Translations under genes and position numbers: made by a program | IMG/VR virus record: IMGVR_UViG_3300028173_000008 | Source: an uncultured virus (IMG/VR IMGVR_UViG_3300028173_000008) | Taxonomy: Duplodnaviria > Heunggongvirae > Uroviricota > Caudoviricetes | Length of the DNA stretch: 64,000 nt | Strand: one strand, 5' to 3' | In this document: positions 53,719 to 64,000 of the stretch, in pieces | Layout: each line of letters begins with the position of its first letter | Numbering within the stretch: the first letter of the stretch is position 1 | Notes under the pieces: model-generated | Database searches by the model: none | The model's input: the letters and a program-made list of their open reading frames with translations, nothing else | Told to the model about the DNA's origin: nothing

Positions 53719-56700
53719 GTGACAGCGACAGATCAGATCCTCCGGCGGGCGGTTGAAGAAGCCGTTGACCTGGAGAAAGAACTCAAGAAAGCGGAGTCCC
53801 TGGTCCCTCAGTCCGTGTGGCTGAAGCTCCGCAAGGCGTTTACCCCCAGGGGTTTGCCGTTCTTCGAGTTCTACATCCTCCTCAAGAGGATCGAGATGGG
53901 CGAAGATGTCCCGGACGACATCCGCAGGATGTTCATGCGGGCCGCCAACCGGCTCCTTCAGATCACCTCCCCCGTAGACGGACGCAACGTCTCTCCGGCC
54001 ATCGCCAATCAGATCGCTGAGATCCGCCCGGAGATGAACATGCTCCTCGGGCGGCTCCTAATGGGCCGGACAGAGGACAACACGACCTGGCGCAAGATCA
54101 CGGAGTTGTTCGTCCCGCTGTTCGTCGCCGTGGCACGGGACAAAGAGGTCTACATCAAGGCCCGCCCCTACGGCCCGAGGCGTTGGGGGATCATCCGCAG
54201 GATGACAGGGAAGCAGGAGAGCGTAGAGAAGCTGCGGGACAACGATCCCGAAGCCTACGCCCTAACCAAAAAGTACAATGCCACGCTGGCCGAGATCGAT
54301 GAGGGCGTCAAAGTACTCATCACCCGTCAGGGCCTGGAACCTGAGACGGGCTTCATCATGGGCCGCCCCGTCCAGTACGGGATCAACCAGGAGACTGGCG
54401 AGAAGCTCATATTCGACCGGGATGGCGACGTCCTGACTCAGGATGAGTATGTCACCAAGCGCCGGGAGAACGCAGAGGCCCGCAAGAAGATGGCGCTCAT
54501 CCCCACCCGCACGGAGGTCCCTGTTCGGGATCTCCTCCGGTTGGACCCCAACGACACTGACCAGCTTCTGGGTGAGATGGAGTGGGTGTCCCTTACAGAT
54601 GACAAGGCCAAACAGGGACGTCTAACCCGCATCTTCCCGGTCAAGCAGAAGCCCACCTTCATCGTGGACGAGGACGGTGACACAGAGGCTCAGTACCACC
54701 CGGTCATCGTGTCCGGGCGGTTCAAGGGCGTCTACCTCGACGACATGGTGAACTCACAGGGCCGCCTCATTGAAGGCACGGCCTACACGTACAGCGCCAC
54801 CACGGGGCACGGCGGTAAGGTCCCCGTCCGCATCGATCCCGCTGACAGGGAGCCCTACGTGACTGTGGCCGACGTGACCACGGTGCGGACGTTCAAAGGC
54901 CGCAAGCTCCGCCAGAAGTCACAGAAGCTCTTCTTGAAGGTGCCCGGGTCCAAGGACTACACGGTGCTCAGGAACGCCCTCAAGGAACTGGCCTGCAACG
55001 TGGGCCGCAAGCGAGGGTGCATCCCAAGCATCACCCACGAGAAGGTGGAGGGCAGCCGTGCGGCAGCCTTCTACCTCGACCCCAAGGACTTCGGCGTCGT
55101 CATGGAGACCCTCCAAGGGATGTCGCTGTCAGCGTCCGCCCTGGAACTGGTCAAGTCCTACTACAAGGACCTCTCCAACGCAGAGGCGGCCACGGCGGAG
55201 GATAACCTTACCAATTACACTGCGGGCAACCTTGGCGGCTTCGTGACCCGCAAGACGGACAGGGAGACGGGCCTCATCAAGCCCTTCGACCTGAACGTGA
55301 TCCAGAAGCAGGCACTGGCCTGGATGGACGCCAACGGCGGGAACGGGGTTCTGGCACCGGAGACGGGCGTGGGTAAGACCCTCATCGCCATCGCAGGGAT
55401 GCAGAAGCTCATCCGGGACGGGCTGGCCGACGAGGATGCCTCCTACACCCGGCCCGACGGCAAAGAGATCCAGACTAACGGACGGTTCCTCTTCGTGTGC
55501 CCGCCTGCCCTCAAGGGCAACCTCCCGAAAGAGATCCGGGCGTTCATCTCGGACTCCAAGGAACTCCGGGCACGGGTAGACATCATCTCGTACTCAGAGT
55601 TCTCCGGGTCGTCCAAGACAGGCAAGCCGCCCTCCCACATCGCTAAGTACTGGAAGCGTCGTCGGTGGAACACGGCCCTCTACGTGGCCATCTACTTCGA
55701 CGAGGCCCACAAGATGCGGAACAGGGAGGCAGGCGCTGCGTCGGCAGCCCTGGACCTGTGGCACCCCCGCAAGATCTGCCTGACCGCCAGCCCTATGGAC
55801 AAGCGCCCCATGGACGCCTACGTCCTGACAGCGATCACGAACAACACGCCCCTGAACGGCCCCTCCATTGAGGCCAAGGACAACCGCAAGGAGATGCGGC
55901 GGTTCAAGGAGCGGTTCTGTGAGACCATCGGTGGCCGCATCGTTGGGGTGAAGACCGACCCCCTCGTCCGCAGGGACCTGCACACATGGGTAAAGCGGAA
56001 CATCTACTACGCCGATAAGCGGAACACAGGGGACGAGCTACCCCCCCTCCAGGCTGAGAACATGGTCGCCGTGATGCCGCCCCAGGTGGAAGACGCCTAC
56101 AGGGCGGTCACCGACCAGTTCGCCTACATGATGAAAGGGCTCGCCACCAGGTTCAAAGACAGGGAGAAAGCGGGGATCTCAGGCCGCCATCCCGACGTAG
56201 AGCGCATCTTCGGCAAGGCGTTCAAGCCCGTCGTCAAGCTGCTCAACGACCTGGCGAACCACCCCGAGATCGCCCTGACGGACATCGCCCACATGATGCG
56301 GACGGAGACGCTCCCCTACCCGGACAAGTTGGGGGACCCGATCCCGCTCCCGCACCAGTTCAAGAGGGCACTCAAGGTCTGGGCTACCAGGTTCTCCCCG
56401 GAGGAGTTGGAGGCGGAGGCCGAACACATCCAGAGTCCGAAGCTCCTGGTGGCCGAAGAGGTCATCCGGGACAAGGTCGATGCCACGGACGGAGCCAGCC
56501 GTGCCCTCCTGTTCACGGACGACACCAGGCTCATCTGGTCGGCGGCCCGTCACATGGCGAAGAAGATCACCGGCTGGCACGCTGTAGCCCTCAAAGACGA
56601 GATCCACTTCATGGACGGGGACGCCCCTATCCAGAAGATCACGTTTGAGATGCCGAGGGACCTCCTGGCCAAGATGAAGCCGGAGAAGCGTGACCAGGTA

Positions 56701-57279
56701 CTCGCCGAGACAGGGGGCGTAACAACGCACACGCTGCCTTTCCATAAGAAGACGTACCGTAGGCACCCCCTGCTCCCTGCGGGCCCCGACAACGTCCATT
56801 ACAAGGCCGACAACTGGCAACAGTTCGTCCTCAAGGAGATCATCACGCCCGACAGGCGGATCAGGACGTTGGCGTTGTACGGCCCGACCTATCAGTACGG
56901 GCACAACCTCCAGGCCTTCGACACGGTCATTCACCTCGACCGGGACGGTTGGAACTCTGAGTCCATGAAGCAGCGGACAGCGAGGGCGTGGCGTCAGGGG
57001 CAAGACCAGCCGGTCGACGAGATCACCATCGACGCAGTCTACGACCCGAACACCCCGGAGGCTCAGACGGAACTTGATGGCACGCTGGACGAGATCCGCA
57101 GGTACTTCCAGGAGATGGACGCTGACGTGTTCAACGCCATCATGCGGGAGGCACAGGGACTGGACCTGGGCGGTGAGTGGGAGGGCCTTGCCCGTCACGA
57201 GTCCTCCAAGACCAGGCTGAACCAGGACATCATGGAACTCATGACTTCGCCCTACGTGGGCCGGGTGAGGGGAGTCTAA
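53719..57279 (+). CDS. SNF2-family helicase-like protein
   Basis: APETGVGKT, DEAH, LTASP, GHNLQ, QRTARAWRQGQ. Confidence 0.88.
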   Translation: MTATDQILRRAVEEAVDLEKELKKAESLVPQSVWLKLRKAFTPRGLPFFEFYILLKRIEMGEDVPDDIRRMFMRAANRLLQITSPVDGRNVSPAIANQIAEIRPEMNMLLGRLLMGRTEDNTTWRKITELFVPLFVAVARDKEVYIKARPYGPRRWGIIRRMTGKQESVEKLRDNDPEAYALTKKYNATLAEIDEGVKVLITRQGLEPETGFIMGRPVQYGINQETGEKLIFDRDGDVLTQDEYVTKRRENAEARKKMALIPTRTEVPVRDLLRLDPNDTDQLLGEMEWVSLTDDKAKQGRLTRIFPVKQKPTFIVDEDGDTEAQYHPVIVSGRFKGVYLDDMVNSQGRLIEGTAYTYSATTGHGGKVPVRIDPADREPYVTVADVTTVRTFKGRKLRQKSQKLFLKVPGSKDYTVLRNALKELACNVGRKRGCIPSITHEKVEGSRAAAFYLDPKDFGVVMETLQGMSLSASALELVKSYYKDLSNAEAATAEDNLTNYTAGNLGGFVTRKTDRETGLIKPFDLNVIQKQALAWMDANGGNGVLAPETGVGKTLIAIAGMQKLIRDGLADEDASYTRPDGKEIQTNGRFLFVCPPALKGNLPKEIRAFISDSKELRARVDIISYSEFSGSSKTGKPPSHIAKYWKRRRWNTALYVAIYFDEAHKMRNREAGAASAALDLWHPRKICLTASPMDKRPMDAYVLTAITNNTPLNGPSIEAKDNRKEMRRFKERFCETIGGRIVGVKTDPLVRRDLHTWVKRNIYYADKRNTGDELPPLQAENMVAVMPPQVEDAYRAVTDQFAYMMKGLATRFKDREKAGISGRHPDVERIFGKAFKPVVKLLNDLANHPEIALTDIAHMMRTETLPYPDKLGDPIPLPHQFKRALKVWATRFSPEELEAEAEHIQSPKLLVAEEVIRDKVDATDGASRALLFTDDTRLIWSAARHMAKKITGWHAVALKDEIHFMDGDAPIQKITFEMPRDLLAKMKPEKRDQVLAETGGVTTHTLPFHKKTYRRHPLLPAGPDNVHYKADNWQQFVLKEIITPDRRIRTLALYGPTYQYGHNLQAFDTVIHLDRDGWNSESMKQRTARAWRQGQDQPVDEITIDAVYDPNTPEAQTELDGTLDEIRRYFQEMDADVFNAIMREAQGLDLGGEWEGLARHESSKTRLNQDIMELMTSPYVGRVRGV

Positions 57280-57521
57280 TGGGCGACCGCTTACCCGAAA
57301 CCATGGCCGAGTGGCAGGAATACATCGATGGGCTACGGGGAGCCGCCTTGTGGTCCAAGGCGGTCAACGCCAACACGCAACTCTTCGCCGACATCTTGCT
57401 GGCGGAAGGTTTCAAGATGGATGACGTGAGGGGCATCGTCACGATGTTCGCCGAACGTCTACTGGTCGATGACCAGCGCCTCCCCGAACACGGGGCCTAC
57501 GACATGCGGTCCCTCGTCTAG
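57279..57521 (+). CDS. hypothetical protein
   Basis: TAATG coupling. Confidence 0.6.
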   Translation: MGDRLPETMAEWQEYIDGLRGAALWSKAVNANTQLFADILLAEGFKMDDVRGIVTMFAERLLVDDQRLPEHGAYDMRSLV

Positions 57522-58882
57522 CACATCAACAGGGAATCCGAACCAGCCTCTTTCACACAGCGGCGGGCCTCCGCCACGATAGAAGCCGCACGGTGGGGGC
57601 TGACGCCCTCCTCGTGAGCGATCTCCTTGACGGTGAACCCACAGACCCGCATGCGGATGATGCCGACGTAGCGCATCCACGCCTTCGGCTTCTTCTCCCG
57701 CACGATGTCCTCGATCCGCTCCATGATCCCTTCGAACTGGATCCAGTCGTCTACGGCGTTGGGGGCGTCCAAGGGTTCAGAGGCGATGTCCATCATTTCG
57801 CCTGCGTGCCCGTCATCGCCACGCTGCCACACGATCCGGGGGTCGGACATGGGAGCCGTAACGACGCCGTGCTGACGCTCCGACTGAGTCCGTGCCCCGT
57901 ACAGTTCCCGTGCGACGGGGTCTTTCCCCTCGTCCCGGATGTCCGTGTAACCGGCCCGGACAGCGTAGGTGGACAGCAGGGAGTCGGGGATCTTCTTGCC
58001 TGCCAGAATCCGCTCTCTCAGGCTGTCACGCTGGATCAACCGCAGGAGACAGTTCTGGACGTGGTCCTCGACCCGGTTCGTGCGGGCTGAGATAGGGAGC
58101 TTCTTCGCCACGGCACCGGCCATCATCTTCATCAGGTCGCCCTGGTGGCCGCCGGTCTCCTTGATCCGCTGACCCAGGAACTCGCCCGTGAGGTTGGCCT
58201 TCTTGGCTCCGGTGAGGCGGCGGGCCTCCTCGATCCCTGCGGTGGTCAGCCGCCACTTGCCGTGTCCGGCCTTTTCCACGTAGGGGATGGCCCGGTCACA
58301 GAGGTTCTTCATGGCCCAACGGGCACGCTCCGGGGCCAGCAGGGTGCCATTGGAAGTCTTCACGTCCCAGCCACGAGGGAGGGCCGCCAAGTCGTACCCC
58401 AGAACCTGGAACACGTCCGGGAGAATCTCCTTGAAACTCAAGGGGTCAGGCTCGTAGTCGGTGGCCTGACCCAGCGCCTTGAGGATGGGTTCGTGGAATA
58501 GGGCGGGGGACGGAGCGGGGAGGGGACGGGGGCACAGCTTCTCGGCGAGGGCTACCCCTGCATCGGTGAGTCCCCACTTGCCACGGTGGCCGGTCAAGAC
58601 CATCGGATTCTGGGAACGCCAGTGGAGGCGACGGTACGAGTACCAGATGCGCCGGTCGAAGCCGTTGGGCTTGTCCCGACCGGGGCGCTGCCAGCCGTCC
58701 TTCGGGTCGCCGTACTGACTGAGGTTGTCCGGGTCGTACCCGGCGTCACGGATCACGTCGGGGAGGATGTCCGCACTAGAGACCAGAATCCCGCTTTTGA
58801 AGTCGGTGGCCTTGCCTAGCTGCTTGATCAGGTGGGGCGTGAACTGTTGGGGAGACGGGAGACAGGGATTCACATTGGTCAT
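57518..58882 (-). CDS. ECF-like sigma factor with two N-terminal winged-helix (Mrr_N-like) domains
   Basis: GKWGLT..G/GKWRLT..G repeats; VEDHVQ region 2; GFTVKEIA..EGVS....SIV..AR region 4. Confidence 0.7.
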   Translation of the reverse strand: MTNVNPCLPSPQQFTPHLIKQLGKATDFKSGILVSSADILPDVIRDAGYDPDNLSQYGDPKDGWQRPGRDKPNGFDRRIWYSYRRLHWRSQNPMVLTGHRGKWGLTDAGVALAEKLCPRPLPAPSPALFHEPILKALGQATDYEPDPLSFKEILPDVFQVLGYDLAALPRGWDVKTSNGTLLAPERARWAMKNLCDRAIPYVEKAGHGKWRLTTAGIEEARRLTGAKKANLTGEFLGQRIKETGGHQGDLMKMMAGAVAKKLPISARTNRVEDHVQNCLLRLIQRDSLRERILAGKKIPDSLLSTYAVRAGYTDIRDEGKDPVARELYGARTQSERQHGVVTAPMSDPRIVWQRGDDGHAGEMMDIASEPLDAPNAVDDWIQFEGIMERIEDIVREKKPKAWMRYVGIIRMRVCGFTVKEIAHEEGVSPHRAASIVAEARRCVKEAGSDSLLMC

Positions 58883-59127
58883 CCGGGGTTCCTCCTTAGG
58901 CAATCGCTCTTTCGAGCATGAGCCTTGGCTGGGTTTCGACCACCAACTTGAACGGGCTTTCTTACGAGCAGGTTGCGGTGGTGGCCTGTGCCTTGAATGT
59001 ACCACGCTCCTGTTGCCTGTCAAGGAAAACGCCATCCTAGATTCTGGAATGATAACAAGAACTTGCACGTCGCTCGGTGTTCGTTCTATACTGGTGTCGT
59101 GGTAGACAGTGCTGAAAGGAAGCCAGC

Positions 59128-60312
59128 ATGACGCTGAACACATTGAAAAGAGACCTGGTGGCCCTCAACCGTGTTGCCCGGGATCTAGCATCCCGTGAGG
59201 CCGCTGCGGTCACCGATACGGACAAGCTGACACACAGGGTGGCCTCCCGCTGGGTGTCCGGTGCGTCCGGTGCCATGCGCCGTGAGTACGACATCATGCT
59301 TCGCCTCCAGACGCTAGAGGGTGCGGCCAACGTCAAGGACGGCATCTGGTGGAAGAAGGGCAAGCGCGGCCTTCCTCTGGCACAGGCGGCGTTTGAGAAG
59401 GCCACAGTAGACCCCGAGTGGTTCTCCACCGGCTACACCCGCATGTATGAGGCGGTCGAGGCCAACGTGGCCCGTACCATCTCGTCGATGGGCCTGCCGG
59501 TCGAGGCGGACGAACTCATCAATCTGACCCTGATGGGCCAGTCGTTGACGAAGGAGGACAAGGCGGCCACGCCGATCCCCCGGTCAGCAGGCAAGACCTT
59601 GAAGAGCGGGATCCTGTCCGGCAAGGAGTCCCCTGTCATGGTCGGCAAGGGTGTCATCGCCTCGTGGATCAAGCAGAAGCTCATTACCCTCAAGCGTGAC
59701 GCCCCTCCCGAACAGGAGATGCCCACGGACGAGGACGGCAAGGACTACGAGTTCGCTGCCCCGAGTGATGAGCCGGAGCCCGAATACAGCACCCCGCATG
59801 AGTTCCTGTCAGCCATCACCTACCGTAAGATGGGTGACCCGTTGGGCAAGAAGTTCCGTGCCTTGATGAAGAAGGCGTTTACCAACAACCGGGACTGGTC
59901 CCCCGCCATGCTGTACTGGCTGGAGCAGGCCGAGAAGGGCCGCTTCGTGCAGAGGAACCAGATGGCCGATTGGGCGAACATCTCACCCGGCAGCTTCTCC
60001 GTGAACTACTGGAAGGCCGCTTGGGCGGCGTTCTTCAAGGAACTGTGGGCCGACAAGAGCCTCCTCAAGGAGATCAAGAAGCGCCTACAGGCCGAGGAAT
60101 TGTTCGACGAGATCGTCAAGCCCGACCTGACCAAGCTCAAGGACGGCAACCCGCTGTCCATCATCCTCCCCCGCAACCGGAACCGTAAAAAGAAGAAGGC
60201 CGACAGGGACATGGTCGAGCACGTCACCACCCGGTGGATGGACGGCAGCATCATCGAGAAAGTCGTCCACCGTCATGTCGCCGAAAGGCCCGACAGCGTC
60301 CCGGTTTCCTGA
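59128..60312 (+). CDS. hypothetical (RVASRW motif)
   Basis: 394-aa ORF. Confidence 0.7.
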   Translation: MTLNTLKRDLVALNRVARDLASREAAAVTDTDKLTHRVASRWVSGASGAMRREYDIMLRLQTLEGAANVKDGIWWKKGKRGLPLAQAAFEKATVDPEWFSTGYTRMYEAVEANVARTISSMGLPVEADELINLTLMGQSLTKEDKAATPIPRSAGKTLKSGILSGKESPVMVGKGVIASWIKQKLITLKRDAPPEQEMPTDEDGKDYEFAAPSDEPEPEYSTPHEFLSAITYRKMGDPLGKKFRALMKKAFTNNRDWSPAMLYWLEQAEKGRFVQRNQMADWANISPGSFSVNYWKAAWAAFFKELWADKSLLKEIKKRLQAEELFDEIVKPDLTKLKDGNPLSIILPRNRNRKKKKADRDMVEHVTTRWMDGSIIEKVVHRHVAERPDSVPVS

Positions 60313-61035
60313 ACCCCACTCATCCTGCCCCCTTACAGCCCCCTCTGTTTCCTTGACGTCGTGCCCTAACGGCGACTACCCTTTGTACTTGGTTCGACCG
60401 ACCGACCTGATCTCTGAAAATGAGACGTACTGTTGCCGCTCCGGTGCCGTTGAGTACTGGTCCCCTTGGGGATCGTGGAAAGCCACTGGAGGCAGAGAGT
60501 CATAGTCCTAATGACTTGGCAGGTATCCGGGTAACCGGAGGGGAAGCCATTGAGCTTTGAGAGCGCCCCCACAGGACGGTCTGTTCTTTGAACATGTCGA
60601 ACCTCGTCATCTGCGGGACTCCTTGGTCCCCTCGATGGTGAAGGTGATTTGAGGTTTGCCCTTTCCGTATGGGAGAGGGCCTGGATGGGAGCCTTCAGGT
60701 GTAACGAGGAACGCACCTGACCCCGGGTAGCCCATCACGGACTGCGGTAGAATGACCCTGACTCTCAGGACCATGATGAGAGAAAAGGGCGTCCGTAGGA
60801 CGACCGGATGATGAGTAGGGATAGCGGTTAAGATTCCAGTGCTTGTTCTCGTCAACGTAGTAGCGACTGCAACGGCAGCCGGAAAATCCAGCGCAGGTTA
60901 CCCCTAGTGGGGCTTGGGCGACGTGTATTAAAAACTCCCAAGTTTGCCTCTCCGCCAAAGTTCCACCCCAATAGTTTCAAGTTTAGACCCCGGCCTCGGT
61001 ATTCTGTGTCTACGGGACCTCTGTAGGAGGGTGCT

Positions 61036-61593
61036 GTGACGATCAGGACATCAGAGTACGAACGCTTCGACACCCGCAAGATGGCTGTGGGCTGCCTGCA
61101 TATCCTGTTAAGCCGTGCTCATGCGGACTTCCCTGGGACTACAAGGGCTGCTCCTGCACGTTGGGTGGTTGTTCAGTTGGCCCCTGGAGGGCCTCTAGCT
61201 CCCGCCTACAAGGGCTACTTCCCCTACAAGGTCATCTGGTACGTCTGGCAAAACGTGGTCGTTCCTGTGCTGGAAGACCCGACCTACCAGATCGTGACAG
61301 AGGACACGACGTCCCTGCGTGTGTCGTTGAACCAAGCCCTGATTGAGGAGGGTGACTACAAGGGGGTGACCGACAAGATCGAAGCAGCCCTGATCGTCCG
61401 TCTCAAGGAACAGGGTATGGTACAACCGGATGCAGAACCGGAGTCGTCCAGCACGCTGGTTGATCCTGTTGCACCCGGGGAGCCTATCGTCCTGCCTGAC
61501 ACAGACCCCATGGACACGGGGGACTCCCTTGTGTGGCCGGAGGGGCACCCCAAGTTGACGTACCCCGAAGTGGATGGAGGCCCCAATGGCTGA
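61036..61593 (+). CDS. hypothetical protein
   Basis: AGGAGG RBS. Confidence 0.65.
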   Translation: MTIRTSEYERFDTRKMAVGCLHILLSRAHADFPGTTRAAPARWVVVQLAPGGPLAPAYKGYFPYKVIWYVWQNVVVPVLEDPTYQIVTEDTTSLRVSLNQALIEEGDYKGVTDKIEAALIVRLKEQGMVQPDAEPESSSTLVDPVAPGEPIVLPDTDPMDTGDSLVWPEGHPKLTYPEVDGGPNG

Positions 61594-61804
61594 CGAGAAG
61601 AAAAAGGTTCCTGTCCCCAAGACGCTCTGGATCAAGTGCCGTGCGAGTGAGAAGTGTGAGGGCAACCAGGCCGAGATCATCATGCAGCGGGCACAGAAGC
61701 CCATGGGTCGTGCTGGGGGAGCCTTCAACCTGGCGGAGCGGGCCGGAAAGCTCATCAGATATCGCTGTACGACCTGCAAGGGCATCTTCCAGATCGGTCA
61801 GTAG
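61586..61804 (+). CDS. small Zn-ribbon protein
   Basis: C..C and CxxC. Confidence 0.6.
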   Translation: MADEKKKVPVPKTLWIKCRASEKCEGNQAEIIMQRAQKPMGRAGGAFNLAERAGKLIRYRCTTCKGIFQIGQ

Positions 61805-61852
61805 GCTCCTCGCCCGCTTTCCTCGGGTAAGATTCCCTTACAGGAGGTAAGC

Positions 61853-62515
61853 GTGGCATCCTGCATATTGCTCCACGGGCCTGGTGCCCGACAAGCCGCA
61901 TACAGCAAGGCCATCGAGGTCGGTCACCTGTCAGGTGATTTCGGGGACACTGAGGAGAAGCGGGCCAAGCCCAAGAAGGACCAGACCCTCTTCTCCCTGA
62001 ATGTCGCCGAAGCCCGTGAAGCGATGGCCCTACTGTTGGACACCCCCCTCTATGACTCCGTCGGTTGCGTCGTCATAGGCCCCGTGGACGAGGCACAAGC
62101 CAAGGCGACCGACGTCCTGCTCAAAGGGATCGAGGAGTTCGCTGAAGGCGTCGTGCAGCCGATCCTGTGGGCCTACGACTATGGCTCAGTGTCCGCTACC
62201 GTGCGCTCCCGGTGCATGGAACAGTGGGTGCCGGGAGCGGGCGAGTCCGACGAGGATGAAGACCTTGTGGCCACGGCGTGGGTCGCGGTGGACAACGCCC
62301 TGTCCGGTGACGTCCACCTAATCCCGTCTGATGTCCAGAAGTTCGCCAAGAAGACCCGGGATGTGCTGTCCTTCTTGAAGGCGTCGGCTGATGCGGTCAG
62401 TACAGACCTGGACTGCCCCAAGAGACGGGCGCTGTGGGAACGGCTACGCAAGGTGGCCTCGCACTACAACCCGACGCCGACGGAGTTGATCTCCGCCTTG
62501 ATGGGGGTGGGCTGA
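61853..62515 (+). CDS. clamp loader delta'-like subunit
   Basis: LLHGPG, ATDVLLKGIEE, TVRSRC. Confidence 0.7.
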   Translation: MASCILLHGPGARQAAYSKAIEVGHLSGDFGDTEEKRAKPKKDQTLFSLNVAEAREAMALLLDTPLYDSVGCVVIGPVDEAQAKATDVLLKGIEEFAEGVVQPILWAYDYGSVSATVRSRCMEQWVPGAGESDEDEDLVATAWVAVDNALSGDVHLIPSDVQKFAKKTRDVLSFLKASADAVSTDLDCPKRRALWERLRKVASHYNPTPTELISALMGVG

Positions 62516-63510
62516 TGGCCAAAGAGAAGAAGGCACCCCCGAAGCTGGTTGCCATCGCAGGCACTGACGGGTTCAACCGTCGCCGTGCCCTCCGTAAGAC
62601 CATCCTCGATCAGGAGAAGGTCGGGTGGCGTGTGTCCTACGCTGACGCCACCGACCCTATGTCCATTTGGGACGCCGCTGCGGCGGACGTGATGTTCGAA
62701 GCCCCGGTGCTGGTGGTCGTAGAGAAGCCCCACAAGGGGAAGCTCGATCTGTACCGTGAGTTCATGAAGCGGGATGAGGGCGAGTCCGTCCTGTTGCTGT
62801 ACGTGGACGGGAAGCTGGACACACGGACCAAGGCGGGCAAAGCGTTCGCCGAGTTCCTGAAGAAAGAGGTGAAGGCCAAACAGATATACGACGAGGCCGA
62901 GTCCCCGTGGAAGCGTGAGGAACTGGCCGTCGAGTTCGTGATCATGGAGGCCAAGGACACCTTCGATAAGAAGATCTCGTTCCCCCTCGCCAGTGGGATC
63001 GTCCAGAGGGTCGGGACAGACAAGGGGCTCATCCACTACGAGTTGCTCAAGATGGCCGAACTGGCCTCCCTGGACGGGTCCACCACCATAGACGGCACGC
63101 ACGTCAAAGGTGGCCTCGCACCTCTAGGGGTGGCCCTCACTACGCCCCTGACGAACGCCCTGTCCCGCAAGGATGGCGTGAAGGTGGCCAAGGTCCTGGA
63201 CCGCATCAAGAAGACGAACAAGGGTGACCCCACGATCTACATCTGCCGGTTGCTGGCCTCCACAGTCTACAGGTGGCTGGGTCCGCTCAGGATGAAGGCG
63301 GAGGGGATCGGGTTCAAGGAGGCCGCCCTCCGGCTGAACATCAACGAGTGGTACTACAAGAACAAGCTCGCCCCACAATCCGCCATGTGGACTCAAGGCG
63401 ACGTGCAGGCTCTGATCGGCAAGCTGGCCCTCACCGAAAGAGACCTTTTGACCGGTGCCTTGAACCCCTGGATGAGTCTGACTGCTCGGCTTCTGGCCTT
63501 CTGTGGGTAG
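62515..63510 (+). CDS. clamp loader delta (HolA)-like subunit
   Basis: KLDTRTK, VGTDKGLIHYELLK; adjacent to delta'. Confidence 0.7.
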   Translation: MAKEKKAPPKLVAIAGTDGFNRRRALRKTILDQEKVGWRVSYADATDPMSIWDAAAADVMFEAPVLVVVEKPHKGKLDLYREFMKRDEGESVLLLYVDGKLDTRTKAGKAFAEFLKKEVKAKQIYDEAESPWKREELAVEFVIMEAKDTFDKKISFPLASGIVQRVGTDKGLIHYELLKMAELASLDGSTTIDGTHVKGGLAPLGVALTTPLTNALSRKDGVKVAKVLDRIKKTNKGDPTIYICRLLASTVYRWLGPLRMKAEGIGFKEAALRLNINEWYYKNKLAPQSAMWTQGDVQALIGKLALTERDLLTGALNPWMSLTARLLAFCG

Positions 63511-63648
63511 GGTGATGCGGAGGGGGTTCGTTTTCCCTTCTATGAGCCCTACTCTGATGGAGTCCATGATGAAAACCCACCCCTCTAATACAGGGTGGTG
63601 CTCGTGCCACCCCCTTGCCCGAGGCGTCTTCGTAGGAGTAGTCACACA

Positions 63649-64000
63649 ATGATTTTCAGTCAGGCTGCCGGTGACCGAAAGGTCCGTGCTTTTTCCTTGT
63701 CCAGTTCGTTCCTTGAGGAGTTCCACGGCAAGCAGCCCAACTGGGGTCCGGTAGGCTATTTCACGTTCAAGCGAACCTACGCCCGTGAGCTACCCGAGGG
63801 TGGCACGGAGGAGTTCTGGCAGACGTGTAAGCGGGTCGTCGAGGGTTGCTTCCAGATCCAGAAGATCCACTGCCGCCGGATGGCCCTCCCGTGGAATGAG
63901 GCCAAGGGCCAGAACTCGGCGCAGGAGATGTTCCGCCGCATGTTCGATTTCAAGTTCACGCCACCGGGGCGTGGCCTGTGGATGATGGGCACGGACGTCG
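63649..64000 (+). CDS. nrdJ: class II ribonucleotide reductase (3' partial)
   Basis: GYFTFKRTYAR..EEFWQTCKRVVEG..FKFTPPGRGLWMMGT. Confidence 0.9.
   Translation, partial: MIFSQAAGDRKVRAFSLSSSFLEEFHGKQPNWGPVGYFTFKRTYARELPEGGTEEFWQTCKRVVEGCFQIQKIHCRRMALPWNEAKGQNSAQEMFRRMFDFKFTPPGRGLWMMGTDV

Noticed and set aside
63575..63600. NrdR box or cobalamin riboswitch before nrdJ
   Set aside because: Only a weak resemblance; not supportable by eye.
1..64000. Alternative genetic code
   Set aside because: Conserved genes are intact under the standard code, TAG/TGA/TAA all end genes, and no suppressor tRNA was found.

Overview
GC-rich window from a jumbo (huge) bacteriophage. It carries two convergent non-coding-RNA operons (about 2.1-14.8 kb on +, about 39.7-44.2 kb on -) that hold roughly 54 tRNA genes covering all 20 amino acids, plus a minimal SRP RNA, an RNase P RNA interrupted by a GIY-YIG ORF, and several unassigned structured RNAs. 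A tmRNA lies just outside the - operon. Protein genes include RNase Z, RtcB, Pth2, a QueF-like protein, RNase H, NadD/NrtR, a NitT/TauT-type ABC transporter with an OmpA-fused binding protein, AAA/VWA, GroEL, HU, a C39-like peptidase, an SNF2 helicase, an ECF-like sigma factor, clamp-loader delta/delta' and a class II RNR. Two systems stand out. (1) Each tRNA operon is preceded by a short leader ORF (below the ORF-track cutoff) and an intrinsic terminator, and each leader's codons match the tRNAs of its own operon. This suggests ribosome-stalling attenuators that switch on phage tRNAs when host tRNAs are depleted. (2) Six 'endonuclease + replacement tRNA' cassettes have split resident tRNA genes and supply an intact tRNA, with the nuclease stop codon inside the cargo tRNA. 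All calls were made by eye; no database searches or folding programs were run, so novelty is unverified.
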